A stretch of 16,489 bases of DNA from Candidatus Heimdallarchaeota archaeon (GTDB taxonomy: Archaea > Asgardarchaeota > Heimdallarchaeia > Hodarchaeales > Hodarchaeaceae), in the NCBI GenBank assembly GCA_020353515.1, contig CP070695.1:3092354-3108842 (forward strand), in the 5' to 3' direction. The first letter of the stretch is position 1; each line of letters opens with the position of its first letter. Below are positions 6,378 to 15,912 of the stretch, piece by piece. Below the pieces are notes generated by a model. It made no database searches. It saw nothing but the letters and a program-made list of their open reading frames with translations, and was not told where the DNA came from. A program made the translations under genes and the position numbers.

Positions 6378-8297
6378 TTGATAAAGAATCATAAGAAGCG
6401 CTATTCAAAGAAGGTTCTGGCTATCGTTCTAGTGAGCATCATTTTGATTGGAGTGATTGTTGGATTTGGCTACTTTAGAAATTTTTTTATAGAAAAGGCA
6501 GAAGTTCCGGTGTGGGAAGTAGGAGATGCTTGGATTTACAATAGCTCATATCAAGGTGACTTAAGCAAGGGGAGTGATATTGGTATTTTCGTTAGAGAAA
6601 TAACTACATATAAAGACCAAAAATTCTATCAAATATGGGGCCACCTTTATCCAATGTTTGATAAAAGTTGGGTATCTGCAGACGATCTCAATCCTATAAA
6701 ATTGGAGGATTTTGAAAATGGCACCTTTTCTGAGACCGATAAACCCTTTAATTTTCCTCTTTACAAGGGCAAAAAATGGGATTTCACAACCCAAAATAAT
6801 CATACTTACAGGTACATTGTCGAATCACAAGGAGATATAAAGGTTCTTGGTGGCACCTTCAATTCATTTAAAATTCGTAAGACTGAAGGAAATAAAACGA
6901 AGTCGATTACATATTTTTCTCCTAAGGTACGAAACATAGTAAAAATGATCATTTATAATGATGATCCAGATGATTATTATATATACCAATTCAAATCCTT
7001 TTATAACGAACCATTCGAAAGATTGATAGATACACAAAAATTGGATAATAGATACAATGCAACACTTGAGATATGGGAAGAAAAATACTCACCTGTCCAT
7101 GATTGGGTGATAAAATATAGGGTGTCCTATACAAAAAACGGCCAGAATTTTACAGCACGCTTCGATGAGACCACAAAATTTTGTTTGGATTGGATAAAAA
7201 ACAATACAAATGAAGAGGATAAAATCCTCTGTTGGTGGGATTATGGACATGAGATTCAGGGTTATACAGGAAGAGAAGTGGTAATTGACGGACCCAGTGC
7301 CAGATTATGGGATACAATTATGGAACCGTGGACAATCAAAAATTGGAATAAAGAAAGTGATGTTGTAAATGTTTCAAGAGCTTTGGTGGGGACACCAGAA
7401 GACACCATTGAAGTGATGAATCAATATAATGCAACTTTATTATATATTAAAAGCAGAGAACTGGCATTATCTGCACGGGATACAGGTATTTTTTATTCAC
7501 TTGTTAAAGGAGCAAAAAGAAACCTTGATGATTATTATGAAGTTTTTGTGTTTACATCTTCTGGAGATAAGATCAATGTAAACCAGGTAAAGGATTTTCA
7601 ATCCATAACAATAGTTAGTTATGAAATAGAATTTAAAAAGGCCTATTACGACTCGATGATATGTAAAGCAAGATTCGGATACTCCGGTGATGATATCTCA
7701 CCTAATGGGGACCTAGATGGACTTCCTGCCTTATCAGAGGATCTTTATCATTATCCAATTAAGCCATGCTGGAACTTGACAAACTTCAAGGTGATCTTTA
7801 GGACTGCCATGTGGAATCCTTATCCCTTAGAAGATTATGAAAACCACTCTGAAGGTTGGCAACCAATGGAGTATCTAGATGCAATTGATAAGAAAAACTC
7901 GAAAGAAGGTATCTCAGACCTTAGTGATAGGTTCAATCTCAACTCAGGGAATATAATGTTGAGATATTTTGATGGGGCAATACTAAAGGGTAAGATCCTT
8001 TATGAGAATAGCACCTCTGCAGAGGGAGTTAACATTACTGTCACTGATGAATATGGTGTTCCTCATAAAATAAATCAAACAGATGGTTATGGTAACTACT
8101 CTTTAATTGTACCCTTTGGTAATATTACAATCACTATTTCCGAGGGGGAAATGGACAGAATGACCTTAATCGGGGATACGCTGTTGGAAACGAACTTGAC
8201 TGTTGAATTATACCAGGCAACAAGGGAAGAGGTCGATCTCGATAAGGATGGCCATTTTGATTACTATATTTTTAAGGACTTCGAAATATCCACTTAA
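6378..8297 (+). CDS. Membrane-anchored protein containing an AglB/STT3 C-terminal-like domain and a carboxypeptidase-regulatory-like beta domain
   Basis: Single N-terminal TM; WIKNNT...ILCWWDYGHEI motif; C-terminal GVNITVTDEYGVPH...TDGYGNYSLIVPFG; lacks the multi-TM STT3 region; TTG start uncertain. Confidence 0.75.
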   Translation: MIKNHKKRYSKKVLAIVLVSIILIGVIVGFGYFRNFFIEKAEVPVWEVGDAWIYNSSYQGDLSKGSDIGIFVREITTYKDQKFYQIWGHLYPMFDKSWVSADDLNPIKLEDFENGTFSETDKPFNFPLYKGKKWDFTTQNNHTYRYIVESQGDIKVLGGTFNSFKIRKTEGNKTKSITYFSPKVRNIVKMIIYNDDPDDYYIYQFKSFYNEPFERLIDTQKLDNRYNATLEIWEEKYSPVHDWVIKYRVSYTKNGQNFTARFDETTKFCLDWIKNNTNEEDKILCWWDYGHEIQGYTGREVVIDGPSARLWDTIMEPWTIKNWNKESDVVNVSRALVGTPEDTIEVMNQYNATLLYIKSRELALSARDTGIFYSLVKGAKRNLDDYYEVFVFTSSGDKINVNQVKDFQSITIVSYEIEFKKAYYDSMICKARFGYSGDDISPNGDLDGLPALSEDLYHYPIKPCWNLTNFKVIFRTAMWNPYPLEDYENHSEGWQPMEYLDAIDKKNSKEGISDLSDRFNLNSGNIMLRYFDGAILKGKILYENSTSAEGVNITVTDEYGVPHKINQTDGYGNYSLIVPFGNITITISEGEMDRMTLIGDTLLETNLTVELYQATREEVDLDKDGHFDYYIFKDFEIST

Positions 8298-8327
8298 TGA
8301 AAAATTGGTAGAGTAGTCTACTACGTG

Positions 8328-8418
8328 CCGAGTAGAAGAGGGATGGCTTCGGCGCAGGATGGGTGGGAAAACCTTTATGTCCGAAGGACGATAATGGTTT
8401 TAAGGGATGGGACATAAG
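8328..8418 (+). repeat. Degenerate repeat R9
   Basis: CCGAGTAG...GGATGGCTTCGGCGCAGGATGG...AAAACCTTTATGTCCGAAGGACGATAATGGTTTT...GGGATGGGAC; terminal GGCGAGG is missing. Confidence 0.85.
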
Positions 8419-8450
8419 AACCAGTGTACCAAGAAAAAGAGGTTATGTTT

Positions 8451-8879
8451 ATGGAAAAATTGAAAGCTGAATTGGTGGCGCCTTGTGGTATGAATTGTGG
8501 TTTATGTTCAGGTTATCTGGCTTTATCTAGGGGATTGGAGAAAAAGCGTGGGATCACACATTGTAAAGGATGTCGTCCACGTGGTAAGATGTGTGCATTT
8601 GTGAAAAAAAGATGTGAGAAAGTAAGAAAAAACCAGGTGGAATTCTGCTTTGAATGCAAGGAATTTCCATGTGAATCAATTACAAAGCTGGATAAACGCT
8701 ATCAGAAGAATTACAATTACAGTTTCATTGAAAATCTCAAGTATATAAAAGAACATGGAATACAGGATTTTTTAGAAATGGAAGAAAAAAAATACAAATG
8801 CAAGAATTGTGGTGACATCAAGTGTATCCACAATGGCAAATGTTACAGTTGCCAAACGATCACCACATGGCGAGGATAA
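8451..8879 (+). CDS. DUF3795-like Cys-rich (putative Fe-S/Zn) protein
   Basis: APCGMNCGLC, CKGCR, FCFECKEFPC motifs; GAGGT RBS favours the ATG at 8451 over the GTG at 8424. Confidence 0.82.
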   Translation: MEKLKAELVAPCGMNCGLCSGYLALSRGLEKKRGITHCKGCRPRGKMCAFVKKRCEKVRKNQVEFCFECKEFPCESITKLDKRYQKNYNYSFIENLKYIKEHGIQDFLEMEEKKYKCKNCGDIKCIHNGKCYSCQTITTWRG

Positions 8880-8955
8880 ACATAAATGGATTATAGTCAG
8901 TTTACTTAAAAAAAAGCGGTGAACGGAAATCAAAAAAGGCTGGAGGTATGAAAAT

Positions 8956-9606
8956 ATGGAAATCGTTTTACACAACTCAATAAGTCTAGATGGTTCATTA
9001 ACCCACTTTGATATTGATATGGGTCAACATTATCAAATAGCTGGTGAATATAAAGCGGATGCGAACCTGATAGGCTCAAATACTATTAAAACAGGTGTTG
9101 AGCTTTATGGTGAAGCACCACCAGAGGAAAGCAATGATTTTAAGAAACCTGAAAGAGATAAAAATCTTCCTAATTGGGTAATAATCGATACAAAAGGAAT
9201 TCTACAGGGATTGCTACATGAAGTCAGAAGATTTGAATTTTGTAAAGATGTTATCATCCTGATATCACGAGAAACTCCTGAACAGTACATTAAATATTTA
9301 ACGGAGAGGAATTATGATTATCATGTTGTTGGTAACAAAAAAGTTGACATCGAAAAAGCACTTGATCTTCTCTCGGAAAAATATGATGTAAGTTCAATAT
9401 TGGTTGATACAGGCAGCACATTGGGAAACATCTTATTAAAGAAAAGATTGGTAACAAAGATCAGTATTTTAGTGCATCCAATTATTGTTGGCAGTAAATC
9501 ACATAATATGTTTAGGAATATCGATGCAAATATAAAATTAAAATTATTAAGTAGCAAAACATTGGGTGATAATAATATCCTGTTAGTGTATGAACCAATT
9601 TACTAG
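8956..9606 (+). CDS. RibD C-terminal / dihydrofolate reductase family protein
   Basis: HNSISLDG, D.NLIGSNT, VIIDTKG, ILVDTGSTL and HPIIVG motifs; GGAGGT RBS. Confidence 0.85.
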   Translation: MEIVLHNSISLDGSLTHFDIDMGQHYQIAGEYKADANLIGSNTIKTGVELYGEAPPEESNDFKKPERDKNLPNWVIIDTKGILQGLLHEVRRFEFCKDVIILISRETPEQYIKYLTERNYDYHVVGNKKVDIEKALDLLSEKYDVSSILVDTGSTLGNILLKKRLVTKISILVHPIIVGSKSHNMFRNIDANIKLKLLSSKTLGDNNILLVYEPIY

Positions 9607-9639
9607 TAAAGTGATTTAAGGCGGTAAGGGTGTAAATAT

Positions 9640-9834
9640 ATGAAATCCATACCTGAAGATATTGCCTTACAAATTTGTGAGCAGATTAGAGAGGAAAAGG
9701 GGGTTAGATTATTTAGCCAGTGTTGGGGATGTGTTAAATTCTCTAAAGGCGATGGAAAGAAAATGTGTTTTTATGATCCTCCTAATAATTGGGGATGCAA
9801 ACTTGTCAACAAGCAATATGATCGGCAATCCTGA
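9640..9834 (+). CDS. Small Cys-rich hypothetical protein
   Basis: 64 aa with CWGC plus three further Cys; co-oriented with the upstream genes. Confidence 0.6.
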   Translation: MKSIPEDIALQICEQIREEKGVRLFSQCWGCVKFSKGDGKKMCFYDPPNNWGCKLVNKQYDRQS

Positions 9835-9927
9835 ACCCCTGAGCCGCCTTTGATTTTGATTGCTATTACCGTTACAGTACATATTCTTTCATTTCGAACT
9901 TTGAAGCAAAGAAAAAAAAGTATATAA

Positions 9928-11442
9928 TTATGATGTCGCTTTTACACGCTCCTCATGTGCCATATTGGCCAATTTTTCGATTTCTTTTTTATCCAATTTG
10001 AGTCCTTCAGCCACTCTGCGGCCATATTCAGGGTCTGCCTTGAAAAAGAGGGCTGTCTGTCGAAGTTGTATACGCTTTTGTGCTCCACCTAGATGATCAA
10101 CGATATTACCTATTAGATTCTCGCGGTCCTGATCTGTCATCACATCACGATACAGATTCCCAGGTTGAACAAAATCATCGTTGGGATATGTATACGGAAA
10201 ACGATCCGCCTCTCCAGAAATTTCGAAAGGAGGCTCCTTTGCAGAAATGTCCGGTTCTGGGCCCCCGAAGCTGTTTGGCCAGAAATTTGGGCCTTTACCT
10301 CCACCAGTATCGGTACGCATAAATCCATCGCGTTGATAGCTCATCTCAGGTGCATTTTTAGGAGCATTTACCGGAATCAAGTGATAGTTCGGTCCAAGTC
10401 TATGGATATGGGTATCGTGATATGAAAAAAGACGAGCTTGTAACATCTTATCAGGTGAGGCGGCAATACCAGGTACCAGATTCCCCGGGCAGAATGCAGC
10501 CTGCTCAACCTCAGCAAAGTAATTCTCAGGGTTGCGGTTCAAAACCAGTTTGCCCACCTCGATCGGTGGATAGTCACCATGTGGCCAGACTTTTGTGATA
10601 TCAAAGATATCAAAACGGTAATCTTTAGCTTCCTCAGGTTTCATTATCTGCATCTGTAAGGTCCATGATGGGTAATCTCCCCGCTCGATGGCATCATAGA
10701 GATCCCTTGTGGCATGGTCTGGGTCTTTGCTGCGCATAATCGCTGCTTCCTGTCGAGTAAGATTTTTAATTCCCTGATCTGTCTTAAAATGATACTGCAC
10801 CCAAAAATATTCGCCTTTCTCGTTGTACCACTTAAAAGTGTGACTGCTATAGCCATTCATGTTTCGATACGTTGCTGGAATCCCACGATCGGAAAAGAGA
10901 ATGGTTACCTGGTGAATTGATTCAGGTGTCAGGGAAAGGAAATCCCAGAACATATCCGGATCCTTACAATTGGTAGCAGGGTTTCGCTTCTGTGTGTGTA
11001 TGAAGTCTGGAAATTTTAATGGATCGCGTATAAAGAAAACTGGTGTATTATTTCCGACAAAATCGTAGTTACCTTCTTCGGTATAGAACTTCACTGCAAA
11101 TCCTCGTGGATCACGCTCGGCATCAGCTGAACCCTTTTCTCCTCCCACGGTGGAGAAGCGGGCAAATACCTCGGTTCGTTTACCAACCTCAGAAAGGAAC
11201 TTGGCCTTGGTGTACTTTGTAACATCCGCGGTAACCTCAAAGTACCCATACGCACCGGCCCCCTTTGCGTGCACTACACGCTCAGGGATACGCTCACGAT
11301 CGAAATGACCTAACTTCTCCAGCAGATGAACATCCTGCATCAGAACAGGGCCTCGTTTCCCTGCAGTAAGGCTGTTCTGGTCATCACCAACTGGTATTCC
11401 AAAAGCTGTGGTTAATTTCTTTTTCTGTTTCTTATCGCTCAT
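9928..11442 (-). CDS. katA: Monofunctional heme catalase (small subunit)
   Basis: [15 protein letters not shown] active-site motif, [26 protein letters not shown] and the RLFSYHDTH heme-ligand motif; GGAGGT RBS on the - strand (11448-11453). Confidence 0.97.
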   Translation of the reverse strand: MSDKKQKKKLTTAFGIPVGDDQNSLTAGKRGPVLMQDVHLLEKLGHFDRERIPERVVHAKGAGAYGYFEVTADVTKYTKAKFLSEVGKRTEVFARFSTVGGEKGSADAERDPRGFAVKFYTEEGNYDFVGNNTPVFFIRDPLKFPDFIHTQKRNPATNCKDPDMFWDFLSLTPESIHQVTILFSDRGIPATYRNMNGYSSHTFKWYNEKGEYFWVQYHFKTDQGIKNLTRQEAAIMRSKDPDHATRDLYDAIERGDYPSWTLQMQIMKPEEAKDYRFDIFDITKVWPHGDYPPIEVGKLVLNRNPENYFAEVEQAAFCPGNLVPGIAASPDKMLQARLFSYHDTHIHRLGPNYHLIPVNAPKNAPEMSYQRDGFMRTDTGGGKGPNFWPNSFGGPEPDISAKEPPFEISGEADRFPYTYPNDDFVQPGNLYRDVMTDQDRENLIGNIVDHLGGAQKRIQLRQTALFFKADPEYGRRVAEGLKLDKKEIEKLANMAHEERVKATS

Positions 11443-11501
11443 GTTAAACCTCCCACTTAAACTGGATTAAAATTTAGCTGATAAACCTAACTGACAAGTA
11501 G

Positions 11502-11516
11502 CATATAAATTTTTTT
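11502..11516 (-). promoter_or_regulatory. Putative BRE/TATA promoter of catalase
   Basis: Minus strand reads AAAAAAA-TTTATATG about 60 nt upstream of the catalase ATG. Confidence 0.5.
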
Positions 11517-11577
11517 GTGTTACCGCTTTGAGTAAATGTATTGAGTTTTCAAAAAACTCAAAAACCCTTTTTTCACC

Positions 11578-11640
11578 GTAGCAAAACCTTTATCCTCGTA
11601 AAGAGTTATTGGTTTTAGGGATGGGGCTTGAGGAGGCGAG
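11578..11640 (+). repeat. Partial repeat R10 (right half only)
   Basis: GCAAAACCTTTAT-CCTCGTAAAGAG-TTATTGGTTTTAGGGATGGGGCTTGAGGAGGCG; no CCGAGCAGG left end. Confidence 0.85.
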
Positions 11641-11681
11641 AAGCTTATTCCTTTATATCGAGAAGTGGGAGAGGATAATAA

Positions 11682-12362
11682 ATGACCAAATATCTCTTTA
11701 ATCAGAGTCTAGGAAAAACAGTTGATGCAGTCAACGAAGCCTATTTTTTTGGACGGGCCATTCCAAAATCAGAAAAGGTTAATGTAGCAAAATGGATTGC
11801 GAATCGTCAAGGATTACCAAATTCATATGCAAATATGTTTGCACCAACTGAAAAAGATCTAAAAGAAGGTGTTGTTCTCTTTACTGGAGAAAAAATTGGA
11901 TCATATGTTGCAACTCGTCATATTCTTGGAGAAGAAGCTTGTCGAGCATTGATTCTTTTAGATGTTCATTCAGCTGAAGTAAATAAAGCACTAAAACAGG
12001 CAAGAGAAGGAATAGAACAAAAATTATCTGAACACTGGACTGAGGGAGTATATTGTTGTGGGAATTGTACAGTTGCTCTATGGCACCATTTAACTGTGGG
12101 TGGGCTTGAATATTCGGAAAACTTTATTGATCTAGGAATAAAAGCTCTGAAAAAACATCGAGATGGCAAAGGAAGATGGAGACGCTTTCCTTTCTATTAT
12201 ACTCTTCTGGTATTAAATGATCTTGAAGATAAGTATGCTGACGAGGAAATTCATTATGCGTCAAAAGGATGTGAAAGATTATTAAATAGAAAAACAAAAG
12301 AAGATAATATTTCAAAACGGCGTAAGGTTTTGCTTCAAAAAGTTCTAGAAAAAATAGAATAA
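11682..12362 (+). CDS. Hypothetical protein
   Basis: 226 aa; GAGAGG RBS; YCCGNC and DGKGRWRRFPFYYTL motifs; function not recognised. Confidence 0.8.
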   Translation: MTKYLFNQSLGKTVDAVNEAYFFGRAIPKSEKVNVAKWIANRQGLPNSYANMFAPTEKDLKEGVVLFTGEKIGSYVATRHILGEEACRALILLDVHSAEVNKALKQAREGIEQKLSEHWTEGVYCCGNCTVALWHHLTVGGLEYSENFIDLGIKALKKHRDGKGRWRRFPFYYTLLVLNDLEDKYADEEIHYASKGCERLLNRKTKEDNISKRRKVLLQKVLEKIE

Positions 12363-12462
12363 TTAATTGAATAGATAAGAAGGCTATATGCCCTATTCGA
12401 ATATATAATATTAAAAAGAAGAACTAGTAGTTGTAAACTTATGAAAACGAGAAGATGAATAA

Positions 12463-13257
12463 ATGAAAGTAAGCAAGTGTTTCAAACGCAAAATTCTTAA
12501 TCCTTGCAATTTAGAGATGTACAATTATCAAATGGATCCGTATATCGGTTGTGAACATTTTTGCAATTATTGTTACGCATTAAACGAAGCGGAAACAGAT
12601 TGGGAAAAAGAAATAATGATTCATGAGGAGTTTATTGAACGATTGTCTCAAGCGTTATCTAAAATAGAACCTCAGACCATCTATATAGGAGTGGATACCG
12701 ATCCATACCAGCCATCCGAGAGTTCCTTTAAACAGACCGGAAAATTATTGGAATTATTCGAAAAAAGAGGTTTCTCAGTCTGTATTCTAACCAAATCGGG
12801 ATTGGTAACAAGAGATATTGATCTTTATACAAAAATGCCGGCTTCCTCTGTGGGAATTTCAATCGCCTTTCAAAATGAACAAACTCGGAATCTGTTTGAA
12901 AAAAGCGCACCCCCGAACAAGGAAAGAATAGAAGCTCTTGAAAAATTGAAAAAAGTAGGTATCGACACTTATACTTTGATTTCCCCTGTAATGCCTTTCA
13001 TTACCGATGTAGAATCACTGATTGAAGCCGTGGTACCATTCTCAAACACCATTTGGATTTATAGACTTCAAATTGAATCAGAGGAATCACCAAACTGGTA
13101 TAATATTCAATCCATTTTAAATAGGCATTTTCCAGATTTAACGGAACAGTATCGTGAGATAGCATTTTCAGAGGATCATCCTTTTTGGTTGGAATTAAGA
13201 CAACAGCTAAAAGAAATTCAAAGTAAAAAGGATTTAAATTTGAAAATAGAATTATGA
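12463..13257 (+). CDS. Radical SAM protein, spore photoproduct lyase (SplB)-like family
   Basis: DPYIGCEHFCNYCYA (CxxxCxxC), TDPYQPSE and LTKS motifs. Confidence 0.9.
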   Translation: MKVSKCFKRKILNPCNLEMYNYQMDPYIGCEHFCNYCYALNEAETDWEKEIMIHEEFIERLSQALSKIEPQTIYIGVDTDPYQPSESSFKQTGKLLELFEKRGFSVCILTKSGLVTRDIDLYTKMPASSVGISIAFQNEQTRNLFEKSAPPNKERIEALEKLKKVGIDTYTLISPVMPFITDVESLIEAVVPFSNTIWIYRLQIESEESPNWYNIQSILNRHFPDLTEQYREIAFSEDHPFWLELRQQLKEIQSKKDLNLKIEL

Positions 13258-13286
13258 TGATAAGAGAAGTGAGTCATCACTGGCAA

Positions 13287-13359
13287 AGGACGGAGTAGCA
13301 AAACCTTTATCCCCAAAGGACAATAATGATTTTTAGGGCGGGCTTTAAAGGCGAGGAGC
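13287..13359 (+). repeat. Partial/degenerate repeat R11
   Basis: AGGACGGAGTAGCAAAACCTTTATCCCCAAAGGACAATAATG...TTAAAGGCGAGGAGC. Confidence 0.85.
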
Positions 13360-13444
13360 TATAATAACAATGGTTGTTTGCCCGAATAGAATGTGCCTGA
13401 AAAAGGTTGGCGGTTAGATCTTCAGATAGAGGAGGACCATTAAA

Positions 13445-14257
13445 ATGCCTCCCGATAAAAGGAAAAATTCTGTTAATAAAATCAATGTTGAGCCGGATTT
13501 AATAAATAGTATTGGTATGAAATTTAAACTTATTCCTGCAGGAAGGTTTTTAATGGGACAAAAGGACATAGCCGAACCTGTACATGAAGTAAATATCACA
13601 AAGCCATATTATATGGGTATGTATCCTGTGACACAACATGAATGGGAAACGATAATGGACGATAACCCAAGTGATATCCAAAGAGAAGATTTTCCAGTTG
13701 TTAATATCTCTTGGTATGATTGTCAAGAATTCATACAGAAATTGAATGGGATAGAATTTAATCAGGAAAAGAAATCATACAAATATCGTCTTCCCACCGA
13801 AGCTGAATGGGAATATGCATGCAGAGCTGGAAGTAAATCTCTGTTCTATTTTGATCATAAAAAAGAAGATCAAGATGATTATATATGGCATTTTAAGAAC
13901 TCAGAAGTTACCCAGGAAGTATATACTGAAAAAGGAGTTCTTGAAAAAAAGTTGGTTAAAATTAAAAAGACAGGAAGAATGATCCATCCAGTTGGACAAC
14001 TAAAACCAAATAAATTTGGACTTTTCGATATGCACGGAAATGTATATGAGTGGTGTGAAGATTGGTATTGTGACTATGTCAAAGATAAATTAATTGATCC
14101 AATAGGGAGTCCAAAAGGTATTAAAGTCCGGAGCAAGATGTTTCGAGGAGGGAGTTGTATGAATTTTGCAGGATATGGTGCTTCGGCTCACAGAGATTCT
14201 CGTATACCAAGTTATCGAAGTGAAGTTGTTGGAGTTAGAATAGTGAGGGAATTATAG
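13445..14257 (+). CDS. Formylglycine-generating enzyme (SUMF1/FGE-sulfatase) domain protein
   Basis: IPAGRFLMG, YPVTQ, RLPTEAEWEYACRAG, NKFGLFDMHGNVYEW and RGGS motifs; GAGGAGG RBS. Confidence 0.92.
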   Translation: MPPDKRKNSVNKINVEPDLINSIGMKFKLIPAGRFLMGQKDIAEPVHEVNITKPYYMGMYPVTQHEWETIMDDNPSDIQREDFPVVNISWYDCQEFIQKLNGIEFNQEKKSYKYRLPTEAEWEYACRAGSKSLFYFDHKKEDQDDYIWHFKNSEVTQEVYTEKGVLEKKLVKIKKTGRMIHPVGQLKPNKFGLFDMHGNVYEWCEDWYCDYVKDKLIDPIGSPKGIKVRSKMFRGGSCMNFAGYGASAHRDSRIPSYRSEVVGVRIVREL

Positions 14258-14266
14258 AATATAAAG

Positions 14267-14402
14267 CGTTCCGAGCGTGTAGAGGAAGGCAATTCTTGGA
14301 TTCTGAGGGAAATTGAGAATTAAGATGATGAGCAAAGCGATTGCACAATAGGACGAAAGATTTAAAGAATATAAAATCATATTGAGGAAGACTGGGCCGA
14401 GG
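14267..14402 (+). repeat. Degenerate repeat R12
   Basis: CGTTCCGAGC start; ATTCTTGGATTCTGAGGGAAATTGAGAATTAAGATGATGAGCAAAGCGA is homologous to the R4/R8 modules; right end is poorly conserved. Confidence 0.75.
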
Positions 14403-14428
14403 TTAGAACTAATTTCGGGGAAAATAAT

Positions 14429-14941
14429 ATGAAAATAAGACAGGAACAAAAAAGTGACCACAAAAAAGTTTATGAGATCACCAAGCAAGCATTCGGTCAG
14501 GAGAATGAAAGCAAACTGATCGAAAAAATCAGAGTCGGTGGGTGCTTTGTTCCTGAGCTTTCATTGGTAGCTGAGTTAGATGATGAAATTGTGGGACATA
14601 TTCTCTTTTCTAAAATAAAGATAATTGGCGAAGATGAACACGAATCACTTGCCCTTGCTCCGATGGCCGTTGTTCCAAAACTTCAAAAACAGGGAATTGG
14701 AAGTGAATTGGTAAATACTGGACTCGAAATTGCAAAGAAACTTGGTTTTGATTCCGTCATCGTTGTGGGACACGAAGAATATTACCCAAGATTTGGATTT
14801 GAAAAGGCTTCGAAATGGGGTATAAAGTGCCCATTTGAGGTGCCGGATGAAGCATTTATGGCAATTGAACTCGTTGAGAATTCTTTGAAAGGTAAGGGAG
14901 GAACTGTTCAGTATCCCAAAGAGTTTATGGAAGCTGAATAG
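14429..14941 (+). CDS. GNAT N-acetyltransferase (YhbS-like)
   Basis: IVGHILFS, LAPMAVVPKLQKQGIGSEL and VVGHEEYYPRFGF motifs. Confidence 0.93.
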   Translation: MKIRQEQKSDHKKVYEITKQAFGQENESKLIEKIRVGGCFVPELSLVAELDDEIVGHILFSKIKIIGEDEHESLALAPMAVVPKLQKQGIGSELVNTGLEIAKKLGFDSVIVVGHEEYYPRFGFEKASKWGIKCPFEVPDEAFMAIELVENSLKGKGGTVQYPKEFMEAE

Positions 14942-14974
14942 AACAGGGCATGGATATCATTGAATGGAGCGTTT

Positions 14975-15003
14975 AGCCAAGGCTAGGGCTTGAAGGTGAG
15001 GAG
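14975..15003 (+). repeat. Remnant repeat R13 (right end only)
   Basis: AGCCAAGGCTAGGGCTTGAAGGTGAGGAG; 26/29 identical to the end of R1. Confidence 0.75.
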
Positions 15004-15066
15004 TAAAAAATAATATAAGGCTGTTAGCCAGTCTCCTATGTATAATATTAAAAATTAAAAGGGGAA

Positions 15067-15885
15067 ATGAATATGGGACAAAGTTTTGGTTTTAAAAAGA
15101 TGGTAATTCTAACTTTGCCTTTAGTTGTATTGATCGCTATATCAAGCGTTATTGGGATACTCGTTGAAGATATTTACTCAAAAGAGGTACCTGAATATGC
15201 TGCTCAAGGTGTTGGACAAGATATCATAAATCTCTTCGTGTTGGTGCCGATTTTGTTGGTTGCAATCCTTTTGATAAGAAGAGAATCAAAATTCTGGCAA
15301 TTTGTTTGGGTTGGGGCAATGATTTATTCAACCTATTCGTATACAGTTTATTGTTTTGGAGTTCATTTCAACGCATTATTTTTAGTTTATTGCGGAATAC
15401 TAGGTTTGTCATTTTATTTATTAATTGGTTTCCTCATGTCTATAGATGCTGAAACCATTAAAAATTGGTTTGAAGACAAGACACCAATAAAAATGCCTAC
15501 TATATTCTTATTTATAGTGGCAGTGCTTTTCTATTTTTTATGGTTGAGTGAGGTTATACCTGCACTAATTAATGGTAAGGTGCCAGAAAGTGTAAAAGAA
15601 TCTGGATTAATAACACAACCTATTCACGTTTTAGACATTGCCCTCGCTTTACCAGGTTTTGTAATTTCAGGTTTATTGCTAAGAAAGAAACAATCATTTG
15701 GATATGTTTTAGTGCCATCATTCTTAATTTTTATAATAGTTATGGCTTTAGCAATTGGAGGAATGATTGTCGTTATGAATTTTAAAGGCTTTGATGTAGA
15801 CTTAAGTATGACGATCATTTTTGCATTAATTGCAATAATCAGCGCCATAATATTCCTTGCCTTCACAAGACATTTAAAGAAGTGA
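15067..15885 (+). CDS. Hypothetical polytopic membrane protein (about 8 TM)
   Basis: 272 aa with many hydrophobic helices; QGVGQD and PIHVLDIA motifs. Confidence 0.82.
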   Translation: MNMGQSFGFKKMVILTLPLVVLIAISSVIGILVEDIYSKEVPEYAAQGVGQDIINLFVLVPILLVAILLIRRESKFWQFVWVGAMIYSTYSYTVYCFGVHFNALFLVYCGILGLSFYLLIGFLMSIDAETIKNWFEDKTPIKMPTIFLFIVAVLFYFLWLSEVIPALINGKVPESVKESGLITQPIHVLDIALALPGFVISGLLLRKKQSFGYVLVPSFLIFIIVMALAIGGMIVVMNFKGFDVDLSMTIIFALIAIISAIIFLAFTRHLKK

Positions 15886-15912
15886 AAAGGTTAATTATAA
15901 AGGAGATCAAAG

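Noticed and set aside
10080-10920. Short ORFs inside the catalase gene, and other short antisense ORFs inside long CDSs
   Set aside because: Shadow ORFs of well-supported genes.
89-15003. CRISPR array interpretation of the repeats
   Set aside because: Repeats are long and variable, the intervals are whole genes of 0.3-3 kb, and no cas genes are present.
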